A DNA stretch of 64,000 bases from Ignavibacteriota bacterium (GTDB taxonomy: Bacteria; Bacteroidota; Ignavibacteria; Palsa-1295): NCBI GenBank assembly GCA_963787835.1, contig CAWBEI010000001.1:1-64000 (forward strand), given 5' to 3'. A program made the translations under genes and the position numbers. The notes beneath the pieces were generated by a model. It was given only the letters and a program-made list of their open reading frames with translations, was not told the origin of the DNA and searched no databases. Below are positions 1 through 10,002 of the stretch, piece by piece. Position 1 is the stretch's first letter. Each line of letters begins with the position of its first letter.

Positions 1-2
1 TT

Positions 3-356
3 CTGGTATGGGGCGGTTGGCGCAAGGAGCCGCTATACTCCATTGTCATCAATACTAATTCTGGAATTCCCGAGGCTGAAGTCTTTTGGCACGAATGGTA
101 TCATCTTTTCCATTCTCCTCATGACATTCAGGGAAGCGAGCGGTTCCAGCATAGTTATTCCACCGATGGGGTTCTACACAATCAGGAAGAACGGCGGGCA
201 GATGAGTTTGCAGCGGCCGTACTTGTTCCTAGTGTCAACGATTGCACAACAATTTTTGACATTGTAGAACGCTTCGGTGTTAGCGAGCGATTAGCGATCA
301 ACGCAATGAAATTTCACACACGATCACACGAGCAGCATGAACAAAACCCGGCTTGA
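3..356 (+). CDS. ImmA/IrrE-family zinc metallopeptidase, 5'-truncated by the window edge (not in ORF track)
   Basis: Frame starting at nt 3 is open to TGA 354-356: ...AEVFWHEWYHLFH...NQEERRADEFAAAVLVP...ERFGVSERLA. HExxH plus E-xxA-xxFAA-xL-xP and FGVS are IrrE/ImmA hallmarks. Confidence 0.85.
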   Translation: MVWGGWRKEPLYSIVINTNSGIPEAEVFWHEWYHLFHSPHDIQGSERFQHSYSTDGVLHNQEERRADEFAAAVLVPSVNDCTTIFDIVERFGVSERLAINAMKFHTRSHEQHEQNPA

Positions 357-930
357 AGCATTTAGTGACGGAGTGCTTGCCATCATCATTACGATCATGG
401 TGCTGGAACTCAAAATTCCGTATGGAACGGATTGGAATTCGGTAAAACCGATCTTACCAACGCTGGGAAGTTACGTACTGAGCTTCGTCTTCGTTGGGAT
501 CTATTGGGCGAATCATCATCATCTTGTTCACACGGTCGAGCGCGTGAATGGCAAGATCATCTGGGCGAACTTGCATCTGCTGTTCTGGCTCTCGCTCTTG
601 CCGGTCGCAACGGGCTGGATGGGCCAGAATGGATTCGATTCGTGGACCGTTGCGGTGTATGGAACTCTTTGCGTTTGCTGTGGGCTTGCCTACACAATAC
701 TGGGGTTAACGATCGCATCGGGCCGGCGAACAGAACATGCCCTTGGTGAAGTGGTATCCAGGCAATTAAGAACGAAAGGTGTTCTATCGACGGTGCTGTA
801 TGTTTCTTCGATCCCACTGGCATTCGTTCATCCTGGGATTTCTTTAGTGATCTTCGCGATTGTCGCTCTGATGTGGATCGTGCCGGATAAAGCCGTCGAG
901 AAGTTGCTTAGCGAATCAAACTCAGCATGA
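337..930 (+). CDS. TMEM175-family (DUF1211) potassium channel
   Basis: RLEAFSDGVLAIIITIMVLEL signature, WxNHH motif, multiple TM helices. Confidence 0.9.
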   Translation: MNKTRLEAFSDGVLAIIITIMVLELKIPYGTDWNSVKPILPTLGSYVLSFVFVGIYWANHHHLVHTVERVNGKIIWANLHLLFWLSLLPVATGWMGQNGFDSWTVAVYGTLCVCCGLAYTILGLTIASGRRTEHALGEVVSRQLRTKGVLSTVLYVSSIPLAFVHPGISLVIFAIVALMWIVPDKAVEKLLSESNSA

Positions 931-1014
931 TCCATCTCGCGAAGGTGGAACTTATTGAATTCGACGCATTGAATTATTCGGAATTGTTCTCTCGAAATTG
1001 CAATTAGAATTAGC

Positions 1015-1377
1015 ATGAAAGAAAAAATCAGCCTTGCCGACATTATCGAAGCCAACAAGAATTAGGGCTTCCGCTACACATGTCCTGTTTGTGGTAATAC
1101 TTTTGGAGCCATAGTAGGCGATGATTCAAAAGTAGTTGAAAAGGGGGAAGTTGGCTCGCAGACTCTTTGCGTGAAGTGTCTTTCCCACTTAGTAATCAGT
1201 GAGGATGGTATTCTGCGCGCAGCGACTACAGATGAGATTGTAGCTCTTTTCGAGGAAGACCCGGATGCATATATGCTTTTACAGGACATGAAGGCTGCAG
1301 TTCGAGGGGATCGCAATGCTATGGATCGCATGGTTTCGATGCTAAAACAATATGACTATGCAAAAATCCAGTATTGA
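1015..1377 (+). pseudogene. Small zinc-ribbon protein (CPVC...CVKC) interrupted by in-frame TAG at 1063-1065
   Basis: ATG 1015 MKEKISLADIIEANKN*GFRYTCPVCGNTF...TLCVKCLSH is in frame with track ORF 1171..1377. Confidence 0.55.
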
Positions 1378-1422
1378 AACTCAATCTGGGAAATCAGCAT
1401 CATCTGCGTAATCCCGGTTCTT

Positions 1423-2829
<1,407 letters not shown>

Positions 2830-2950
2830 CTAAAATGTTGTTCTTGGTGGATACTGTTTTGCTGCAGCGGGGGGTACGCGAAGATCCCCCAACTGTTGCG
2901 CGCGGCTAACGTTTTCGCCATTAGTCCCGTTCGAAAATTCTCGATCCAGA

Positions 2951-3316
2951 TCATCCCCCAACGGCAAGAGGGTCGCGTAAGTATTGCCCGATGTGGATCA
3001 CATTTCTATCTGGATCTTCCAGCGTAAAGAAACGCATGAAGTCCGGAGCCTCGATAATATCCTGAGTGAGGGTAACTCCATTGTTAGTCAAAGTAGCTTT
3101 TGCAGTTTCGATGTCATCGGTTCTTAGAATGATCTCAATATTTCCGCTCGATGCAACTTCATCCGATTGGAACACCGAAATGCGAACATCCCCAGCACGA
3201 ACGGCAAACATCTTTGGCCAGCGGTGTAATACTGAAAGCCCAAGTTTATTAGCGTAGAAGTCGAACGATCGTTCAATGTCCGAACAGCTCACGGAAATAT
3301 GATTGCAAGAAAACAT
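2951..3316 (-). CDS. VOC (glyoxalase/bleomycin resistance) family protein
   Basis: NHISVSCSDIERSFDFY...LGL; FFTLEDPDRNVIHI. Confidence 0.85.
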   Translation of the reverse strand: MFSCNHISVSCSDIERSFDFYANKLGLSVLHRWPKMFAVRAGDVRISVFQSDEVASSGNIEIILRTDDIETAKATLTNNGVTLTQDIIEAPDFMRFFTLEDPDRNVIHIGQYLRDPLAVGG

Positions 3317-3366
3317 ACAGTAATTAAATTATTGAGAGGCTATAACGTGAATAGAGATTCGAAATG

Positions 3367-3927
3367 TTACGATGCGCAGAAAATAAGATTTTCTACTTCC
3401 GCAACGGCGCGTTCGAGGTTATCGTTGATAACAATATGATCGTAGTCTCCGGACATACCCATTTCCATCTGTGCGCGCTGTAGCCTTCGTTCAATGATGT
3501 CGCCGGATTCGGTTCGGCGATCGCGAAGGCGTGTTTCGAGGGTTGTCATATCCGGCGGTGCAATAAAGATCAGCAAGCTTTCATTGGGGAATTTATTTCG
3601 GATTGAGATCCCACCTTTTACATCGATATCGAACAGGAGCCGTTTGCCCATCTGCCGCGCACGTTCGATCTCGCTTTTGGGCGTTCCATAATAATTGCCG
3701 AAGATCTGTTCATGCTCGATAAGGGCATCGGTCGCGATAAGCTCCTCGAATTTCTCGCGACTGACGAAATAGTAATCCACGCCATCCCGCTCGTTCGGGC
3801 GTTGCGCGCGGGTGGTAGCGGATACGCTGAACATCACATCCGCCGTGTGCCGGGCAAGGATCTCGTGAGCAATGGTGGTCTTGCCCGCGCCAGAGGGTGC
3901 GCTTAATACTATGAGTTGTTTGGTCAA
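3367..3927 (-). CDS. gmk: Guanylate kinase
   Basis: SAPSGAGKTT, SVSATTRAQRPNERDGVDYYF, GNYYGT. Confidence 0.97.
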   Translation of the reverse strand: MTKQLIVLSAPSGAGKTTIAHEILARHTADVMFSVSATTRAQRPNERDGVDYYFVSREKFEELIATDALIEHEQIFGNYYGTPKSEIERARQMGKRLLFDIDVKGGISIRNKFPNESLLIFIAPPDMTTLETRLRDRRTESGDIIERRLQRAQMEMGMSGDYDHIVINDNLERAVAEVENLIFCAS

Positions 3928-3988
3928 AGAAGTAAGTGAGAAATAAGATGTAAGAATTACTTTGTTTATCTAAACAACTGAGGCTGGT

Positions 3989-4069
3989 TGTCATTCCCCG
4001 AAAGCGGGAATCCATGCTTGGAGTTATGTCAAAAGCCAGGTCCGAATTCCAGTTTTCACTGGATTGATA
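3989..4069. repeat. Degenerate palindromic intergenic repeat (GTCATTCCC..GGGAATCC type)
   Basis: TGTCATTCCCCGAAAGCGGGAATCCA at left; decayed complementary arm GAATTCCAGTTTTCACTGGATTGATA at right. Confidence 0.55.
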
Positions 4070-4120
4070 TGTTGAATTTTTAGAAGAACGTTTCAAAGAT
4101 TTCCCGCTGTTTTCAAAGCC

Positions 4121-5698
4121 ATGAGAATCCGTCTGACCTTATTATTTTTTGTGTTTCTTACCATCTCACTTTTAGGAGCAAATGTAGCACAATCGCAAAC
4201 ACTTTATCGAGCAAATTCTGGAACGAAGCGAACGCTTAATGCGGTGTGGTTTTGGTCCGACAGCTCGGGGGTTTCTGTTGGGGACTCTGCAATCATTAGT
4301 GTTTCATTCAATGGGGGGAACACGTGGCAGCTCAGGAGCATGCCATTGAGTGAACCTTTTGCCGGTAATTTTTATACCGAGTTCCTAAATGACTCAGCTA
4401 ACGGATCGATAGCGGGTGATAATGGCACAATCTTCACTATCATTCAGTCTGACTATCTTAAAATTACACTCCCCGATACGAACGCAATTTATGGTATGAC
4501 CTTCCCCAGTTACGACACAGGTGTTGTCTGTGGTGCTGCCGGGCTTTTTTACATGACCACCGATAGCGGCAAAACCTGGAACAAGAAAACGCTTCCGGTA
4601 GCCGCCCAGAAATATGATTATCACGGCACCGATTATTTCGACGATGACACGTATTGGTTGGTCGGACAAAAGGGAATTGTGCTTTACACTGAAGATGATG
4701 GCAAGAATTGGCAGCAAATCACTGTTCCAACCACGAAAGATCTTTACTCTATTTACTTCCCCGATGATGGAAGCAGTACCGGCTGGATCGTTGGAGACTC
4801 GACCCTGCTAATTACAATCGATGGAGGCGACAATTGGGCAAGCATTGGTTCTCCGGACAGCCTCCGCTCTGTTGCAGGATGGGATAGTACAGATGCCTAT
4901 GCGGTTGGCCTAAATGGTAAGATAATCTACACATCCAATCGCAGCAACTGGAATACATTACCCACCGGAACCTCTGCTAATCTTTATGGCTTCGATTATA
5001 CTGACGATTGGCTTTATTTTGCTGGCGATAGCGGGATCATTCTTACTACGCTGCCACCAGTAGTTCAGCCACCCATTCCAAATTTTGTTCTTGAAGGAGA
5101 TGATACCGTGCCGGGGTCGGAACTAACGTTCGGCAATATCCTCGATGGGACTAATTCCGAGGACAACGCCAGCCTCTACAACGTATCGGCCGCACCCATA
5201 ACGATCACAAGAATATCGAGTGATAGTTCAGATTTTATCATTGATACCGCGTCGTATTTGGATATCAATACGCCATTTATCCTCGATTCTGGATCCGCAC
5301 GTCTGATTGGCATTATATTTACGCCTCCCACAACTTCAACGATCCAAACGTTTCACTCGACGTTACGAGTCGTTTCTTCGAATGCAGGGGAACGAGATAT
5401 TCCCCTCACGGCTGTTGGGGTTCCTAATCAGGGAAGTGTTGCGATCACCAAGGATGCGGGGCAGCTAAATATTCTTTTGAGTAGTGGAATGCGCAGTACC
5501 TTCATCCAATGCCCCAATACTTGGATCGGTCCAATTCGATTGGAAGTATTTAATCTTATAGGAATTTCAGTTTATTCAACAAACGATGTTCTCACAAGTG
5601 GCGCGAATGTGCTGCCATCATCGCTTCCACCGGGAGCATATATGTATCGGCTGAGCAGTTCGACAGGTTCGCAGGTCGGGAAGTGTTCGATAGAATAA
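4121..5698 (+). CDS. Secreted YCF48/BNR-repeat beta-propeller protein with Ig-like domain and probable T9SS C-terminal sorting domain
   Basis: Signal peptide ending AQS|Q; repeated TxDGGxTW Asp-boxes; LTFGNI...FTPP Ig-like segment; C-terminal LEVFNLIG...LPPGAYMYRL. Confidence 0.75.
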   Translation: MRIRLTLLFFVFLTISLLGANVAQSQTLYRANSGTKRTLNAVWFWSDSSGVSVGDSAIISVSFNGGNTWQLRSMPLSEPFAGNFYTEFLNDSANGSIAGDNGTIFTIIQSDYLKITLPDTNAIYGMTFPSYDTGVVCGAAGLFYMTTDSGKTWNKKTLPVAAQKYDYHGTDYFDDDTYWLVGQKGIVLYTEDDGKNWQQITVPTTKDLYSIYFPDDGSSTGWIVGDSTLLITIDGGDNWASIGSPDSLRSVAGWDSTDAYAVGLNGKIIYTSNRSNWNTLPTGTSANLYGFDYTDDWLYFAGDSGIILTTLPPVVQPPIPNFVLEGDDTVPGSELTFGNILDGTNSEDNASLYNVSAAPITITRISSDSSDFIIDTASYLDINTPFILDSGSARLIGIIFTPPTTSTIQTFHSTLRVVSSNAGERDIPLTAVGVPNQGSVAITKDAGQLNILLSSGMRSTFIQCPNTWIGPIRLEVFNLIGISVYSTNDVLTSGANVLPSSLPPGAYMYRLSSSTGSQVGKCSIE

Positions 5699-5852
5699 AA
5701 CCACGATTTTCAGGATTTTGCGGATTTCACAGGATGGATTTGAAGATTTAAGACTCATCTTGATGGAACAGTCGCCCTTCATCACCCTCGTTGCGATTAT
5801 CATTCCTGACATCCATCCTGTGAAATCCGCAAAATCCTGAAAATCGTGGTTT
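5698..5852. repeat. Perfect 42-bp inverted repeat with 71-bp spacer (MITE-like) between convergent genes
   Basis: 5698-5739 AAACCACGATTTTCAGGATTTTGCGGATTTCACAGGATGGAT is the exact reverse complement of 5811-5852. Confidence 0.9.
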
Positions 5853-7386
5853 AGAAAGCCGCCTCTCCACCTGTAACAGCTTCGGGCATGGCTTCAAACT
5901 CCGGCCAGTTTGTATAATTCTCGAATCTGCCGAATTGTTTTTGGAAGGTTGCGGCAACTTCGCCGATGGGGCCGTTTCGCTGCTTTCCTACGATGATCTC
6001 GGCCACGCCTTCGGCGGGAACGGTTTCGCCCTTTACGACGGTGCTTTCAAGACCGTACGTTTCAGCACGGTAGATGAACATGACCACGTCGGCATCTTGC
6101 TCGATCGCGCCGGACTCGCGGAGATCGCTCAGTAACGGACGCCGATCGTTGCGGCTCTCGACACTTCTATTCAATTGAGAGAGCGCCATTACAGGAATAT
6201 TTAGTTCCTTCGCTAAGGCTTTGAGCGATCGGGAGATCATGGAGATTTCCCGCTCGCGCGATTCCATGGATTTACCAGCACTCATAAGTTGCAAGTAATC
6301 TACGATCACAAGGCCAATATTATGCCGCGCCTTTAACCTCCGTGCCTTTGCGCGAATTTCAAGCGGTGTGATGGCGGGGGTGTCGTCGATAAAGATCGGC
6401 GCTTCGGATAATCGGCCAATGGTCATGGACATGCGGCGCCATTCTTCGTCGTTCATTTGTCCTTTGCGAGCGCGCTGCATATCTACTTTTGCTTCGGCGC
6501 ACAACATACGGAGAACAAGCTGCATCGCGCCCATTTCAAGTGAAAATACCGCAACCGGAACTTTCGGCATGGGGTGGAGATGATCCCCGGTATGCGTTGG
6601 CATAGCCGCATTACGAGCAAAGCTGAGCGCCAGAGCAGTTTTACCTTGAGAGGGTCTCGCAGCAAGCACGATAAGGTCGGAATTTTGCCAACCGCTGGTA
6701 ATTTGATCGAGATCGAGCAAGCCGGTTGTAACACCCGTGAGGCCATTGTGCTGGTCCTTGATCTTATCCAGCATTTTCATGGTATCGAAGGCAAGCTGCT
6801 TGATCGGCTGCGCGCTCTTTCGGTGGCGGGTTTCCGAAAGCTCGAACAGGAACGATTCTGCTTCATCGAGCAAATTGAACGTATCGAGTTCACCTTCGAA
6901 TGCGCGAAGCTTTATCTCTTCACAAATACGAATGAGTTCCCGCGCGATATATTTTTCGAGAATGATACGCGCATAACTTTCTACGTTTACCGTGGTAACT
7001 ACTTTGGAGGTCAGCTCGACAAGATATGCCGGCCCTCCCATTTCCTCGAGCTTGCCATCGAGCGAAAGCTGATTCTTTACCGTGAGCAAGTCGATCGGCT
7101 CAGAGCGGTTATCGAGCGCGATCATCGCACGGTAGATGAGCGTGTGTGCGTCACGGTAGAACGGGGAGTCATCGATGGACCGATCTCCCAGGATCTCGAC
7201 GGCGCGGTTGGCGGATGATTTATCGATCATCATGGCACCAAGCAGCGATTCTTCGAGATCGATCGCCTGCGGCGGCACAAGCCCTTTGGGCGAGAGCTTC
7301 TCATAAAGTTCCGAAAAGCTCTTGAGGTAAAGCCGGGCACTGCGCGCGCCGGGAACAACGTTGGTTTGGATAGGCTGGAGGCTCAC
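5851..7386 (-). CDS. dnaB: Replicative DNA helicase
   Basis: PPQAIDLEESLLG, AARPSQGKT, FSLEM, VDYLQLM, LSQLNR, DLRESGAIEQDAD, KQRNGP; no intein. Confidence 0.98.
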   Translation of the reverse strand: MSLQPIQTNVVPGARSARLYLKSFSELYEKLSPKGLVPPQAIDLEESLLGAMMIDKSSANRAVEILGDRSIDDSPFYRDAHTLIYRAMIALDNRSEPIDLLTVKNQLSLDGKLEEMGGPAYLVELTSKVVTTVNVESYARIILEKYIARELIRICEEIKLRAFEGELDTFNLLDEAESFLFELSETRHRKSAQPIKQLAFDTMKMLDKIKDQHNGLTGVTTGLLDLDQITSGWQNSDLIVLAARPSQGKTALALSFARNAAMPTHTGDHLHPMPKVPVAVFSLEMGAMQLVLRMLCAEAKVDMQRARKGQMNDEEWRRMSMTIGRLSEAPIFIDDTPAITPLEIRAKARRLKARHNIGLVIVDYLQLMSAGKSMESREREISMISRSLKALAKELNIPVMALSQLNRSVESRNDRRPLLSDLRESGAIEQDADVVMFIYRAETYGLESTVVKGETVPAEGVAEIIVGKQRNGPIGEVAATFQKQFGRFENYTNWPEFEAMPEAVTGGEAAF

Positions 7387-7444
7387 AAAGGTGTAACTTT
7401 AGAATAGGCGAGAGTATTCCAAGTCACAGCAGTGAATTATATGT

Positions 7445-7453
7445 TGTGGATAA
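7445..7453 (-). promoter_or_regulatory. Consensus DnaA box upstream of dnaB
   Basis: TGTGGATAA (=TTATCCACA); a 1-mismatch copy TAATCCACA at 7565-7573. Confidence 0.45.
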
Positions 7454-7603
7454 GTAGAACGGAATAATATAATAAGGCACGAGGAGAGGGATAAACATTC
7501 GATTTAACAATTTCGCCATATACAATTCGAAATTCTTTTCTTCCATTAGGCTGTTCAAACCTTATAATCCACAAATTTTCTAACTAACTCTCAAACTACT
7601 ATT

Positions 7604-8386
7604 ATGCCAACGATGACCACGTACAAACCTGGCACCTTCTGCTGGGTTGATTACGCTTCTCAAGATCAAGAAGCTTCTAAGAATTTTTATAGCGAGATTT
7701 TCGGATGGACCGCCAACGACATGACCATGCAACAGGGCGGAGTTTATAGCATGATGCAAAAAAATGGCCAGAATGTCGGAGCAATCATGCAAATGCCTCC
7801 GGGGCATGATGGTGTTCCAGCTCATTGGAATTCCTATATTTCAGTGGAGAATGTCGATTCGACCTTAAATAAAGCAGCGTCGCTCGGTGCAAATGTAGCA
7901 ATGCCCCCGATGGATGTTCCGGAAGCTGGCCGCATGGCTGCCGTACAGGATCCCTCTGGCGCATCGATCTTCTTCTGGCAGCCAGGCAAACATATTGGCG
8001 CAGATGTGATCGGTGATTCCGGTGCGGTATGCTGGAATGAACTTCTTACGAAAGATACCGCAGCCGCTCAAGCATTTTATTCAGGATTGTTCGGCTGGAA
8101 TGCCAACCAAATGCCCATGCCCGGAATGGAATACACCATTTTCAATAATGGCGATACTCAAGCTGGCGGTATGTTTGCGATCGATCCAGCCTGGGGGCCC
8201 GTGCCTTCGAACTGGATGGTCTATTTTGCAGTCGATAATTGCGATGCTACGCTCGAGCACGTTAAATCGCTTGGTGGCAAAGTTCTCATGGGACCGAATG
8301 ATGTTCCCACCGTAGGGCGCTTTGCTACGTGCCAGGATTCTCAGGGTGGGGCATTCGCTATTCTTCAGCCTGAGCCAAGAGCATAA
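7604..8386 (+). CDS. Two-domain VOC family protein (CFP32/glyoxalase-like)
   Basis: PGTFCWVDY...FYSEIFGW; WNELLTKD...FYSGLFGW; GRFATCQDSQGGAF. Confidence 0.9.
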   Translation: MPTMTTYKPGTFCWVDYASQDQEASKNFYSEIFGWTANDMTMQQGGVYSMMQKNGQNVGAIMQMPPGHDGVPAHWNSYISVENVDSTLNKAASLGANVAMPPMDVPEAGRMAAVQDPSGASIFFWQPGKHIGADVIGDSGAVCWNELLTKDTAAAQAFYSGLFGWNANQMPMPGMEYTIFNNGDTQAGGMFAIDPAWGPVPSNWMVYFAVDNCDATLEHVKSLGGKVLMGPNDVPTVGRFATCQDSQGGAFAILQPEPRA

Positions 8387-8400
8387 TTCTTCTCTCAATT

Positions 8401-8470
8401 ACTGAGAGGTTAAAAACTGAGAGGTTAAAAAATGGGACTTATAGGTCAGTTCACCTATAAGTCCCATTTT
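8401..8470. terminator. Bidirectional terminator hairpin preceded by a 15-bp tandem duplication
   Basis: ACTGAGAGGTTAAAA x2 (8401-8430); stem AAAATGGGACTTATAGGT / ACCTATAAGTCCCATTTT between convergent genes. Confidence 0.75.
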
Positions 8471-8492
8471 CAAATTTTAATTGACTTCTTAT

Positions 8493-9143
8493 TTAGCTTG
8501 CTGCTTTGGCGATCGCGTCAAGATTCATGGAGTTGACGACAGCGCGAAGATCATCGAGCGACGGCCCTCCGTTGCCTTCGACGATAAGATAGATGCGGTC
8601 ATTGATGATGACTCCAACCTGTCCATCGTTCGTTTTCTTGTGCCATTGTACCCATCCCGGATAAGATCCGAATTTCTCGCCACGCTGAAGTTGGTTCTCA
8701 TCCTCGGAACTGAAATTCGCGAGCATGGAGTATGCAGCCGTGAGTCCCGCTGCATAATTGTAATCGGCCAGAGTGATTTTAATGTGTTGATTGCCATTAT
8801 CAAACTGGCGTTCCGCGAGCGACCACTCGATGCCATTGAAATTGGCACTGGAGGTGCTTGGCTCGTGACCGGTGTACCCGCTCGGACTTGGAAGGAAGCT
8901 CGCCAATGTCGATGAAGGAACCGAATGTGTGGCCGATTGATGTGCCCCGTTTCCGCCTGCGCCGCCCATCGCCTGGCTGAGTGCATTGGCAGCATTATTT
9001 GCTGCGTTATTTGCGCTATTGCCAGTCGTTTGGTTATTTTGGTTGTTCTGATTGTCCGCCGTATCGCTCTTTTTGCCGCAGCCGTTCGCAAGGGCAAATG
9101 TAGCGATGAGAAATGCTATATTGATGATGGATGCTCGTTTCAT
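8493..9143 (-). CDS. Lipoprotein of unknown function
   Basis: Lipobox-like ALANGC, N/Q-rich linker, globular C-terminal domain. Confidence 0.75.
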   Translation of the reverse strand: MKRASIINIAFLIATFALANGCGKKSDTADNQNNQNNQTTGNSANNAANNAANALSQAMGGAGGNGAHQSATHSVPSSTLASFLPSPSGYTGHEPSTSSANFNGIEWSLAERQFDNGNQHIKITLADYNYAAGLTAAYSMLANFSSEDENQLQRGEKFGSYPGWVQWHKKTNDGQVGVIINDRIYLIVEGNGGPSLDDLRAVVNSMNLDAIAKAAS

Positions 9144-9335
9144 GGTCTGAATGGTATTAATGTAAGTTGTGTGATGGAAAACTTTTGCAATTTACGAAAA
9201 TTTTTGACAAGAGCGATAAATTGTGATAAGCTGATCCAGCCATCATCCATCAGATGGGATTTTTTGTGTCTAACGAAACCCTATGTCGTTTATGTGCGTT
9301 CAATGACCCTCAAACTAAATTCAGAGATAATCTTA

Positions 9336-9671
9336 ATGAAATCATCCAAGCAAATAGACAAGCTCCACGCAAGCATTAACCCGGTCGATCTGGAAATGAT
9401 GGCTCGCATGGGGGAATCGTTGTATCAGGCGGTTTCCATCACTGCCCGACGGGCGCGTCAGATCAATGATGAGATCAAGACGGAATACCAGGCGCGCGTA
9501 TCCACGCTGGTTCCGGTAGAGCTTGACGAGGATGAGGAATTCGAGGCGCCGAACTTCGACCAAATGAAGATCTCCCTTGAAATGGATAAGCTCGGAAAAC
9601 CTACTCTGGAAGCACTTTCTGAATTTACTCACAACAAGCTGGATTACCGATTCCGCGATAGCCAGATGTAG
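9336..9671 (+). CDS. rpoZ: RNA polymerase subunit omega (Bacteroidota/Chlorobi type); start reassigned to ATG 9336
   Basis: SLYQAVSITARRARQINDEIK...ISLEMDKLGKPTLEALSEF...LDYRF. Confidence 0.85.
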   Translation: MKSSKQIDKLHASINPVDLEMMARMGESLYQAVSITARRARQINDEIKTEYQARVSTLVPVELDEDEEFEAPNFDQMKISLEMDKLGKPTLEALSEFTHNKLDYRFRDSQM

Positions 9672-9808
9672 CCTTTTAGCCCTTTCGCAGAAGTGTGGGA
9701 GGGTCCTTTGCCCCTTTGCTTTTTGCCCTTTGGAATGTATTGAGACGCAATGATTGCTTAATATTGACGTCTTGACTATTACAGTCTCGACAAGTGATTA
9801 TGAAAATA

Positions 9809-9840
9809 CTTGACTTGCCGATTTTTTTGACGTATATTTG
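9809..9840 (+). promoter_or_regulatory. Bacteroidota-type sigma70 promoter for fibre gene 1
   Basis: CTTG-N20-TATATTTG (-33/-7 consensus TTTG...TAnnTTTG). Confidence 0.65.
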
Positions 9841-10002
9841 TATTGGCTATAAATTCAATTTCTGCTGCTCGGCATGAATTAATATCCTTTTGCCTTTTTC
9901 CGAGCGTCGGATGTCAATGTGTAGTCTATGGGCTCGTCACCCGAACCTAATTTTTGGGGTGCCATAATTGTTTTTTTAATTTAATATAGATTTCATACCA
10001 GT

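Noticed and set aside
1063-1065. Genome-wide TAG reassignment
   Set aside because: TAG terminates conserved genes (atpD, rpoZ, nuoM, dprA, panB) at the expected positions.
5851-7386. Intein in DnaB
   Set aside because: 511 aa with contiguous helicase motifs; only a short PTHTGDHLHPMP insertion.
7387-7603. Replication origin
   Set aside because: Only one perfect and one near DnaA box, with no clear box cluster; kept only as a possible regulatory site.
8925-9335. N-terminal extension of the 248-aa ORF containing rpoZ
   Set aside because: Overlaps the opposite-strand lipoprotein gene; omega homology begins near ATG 9336.
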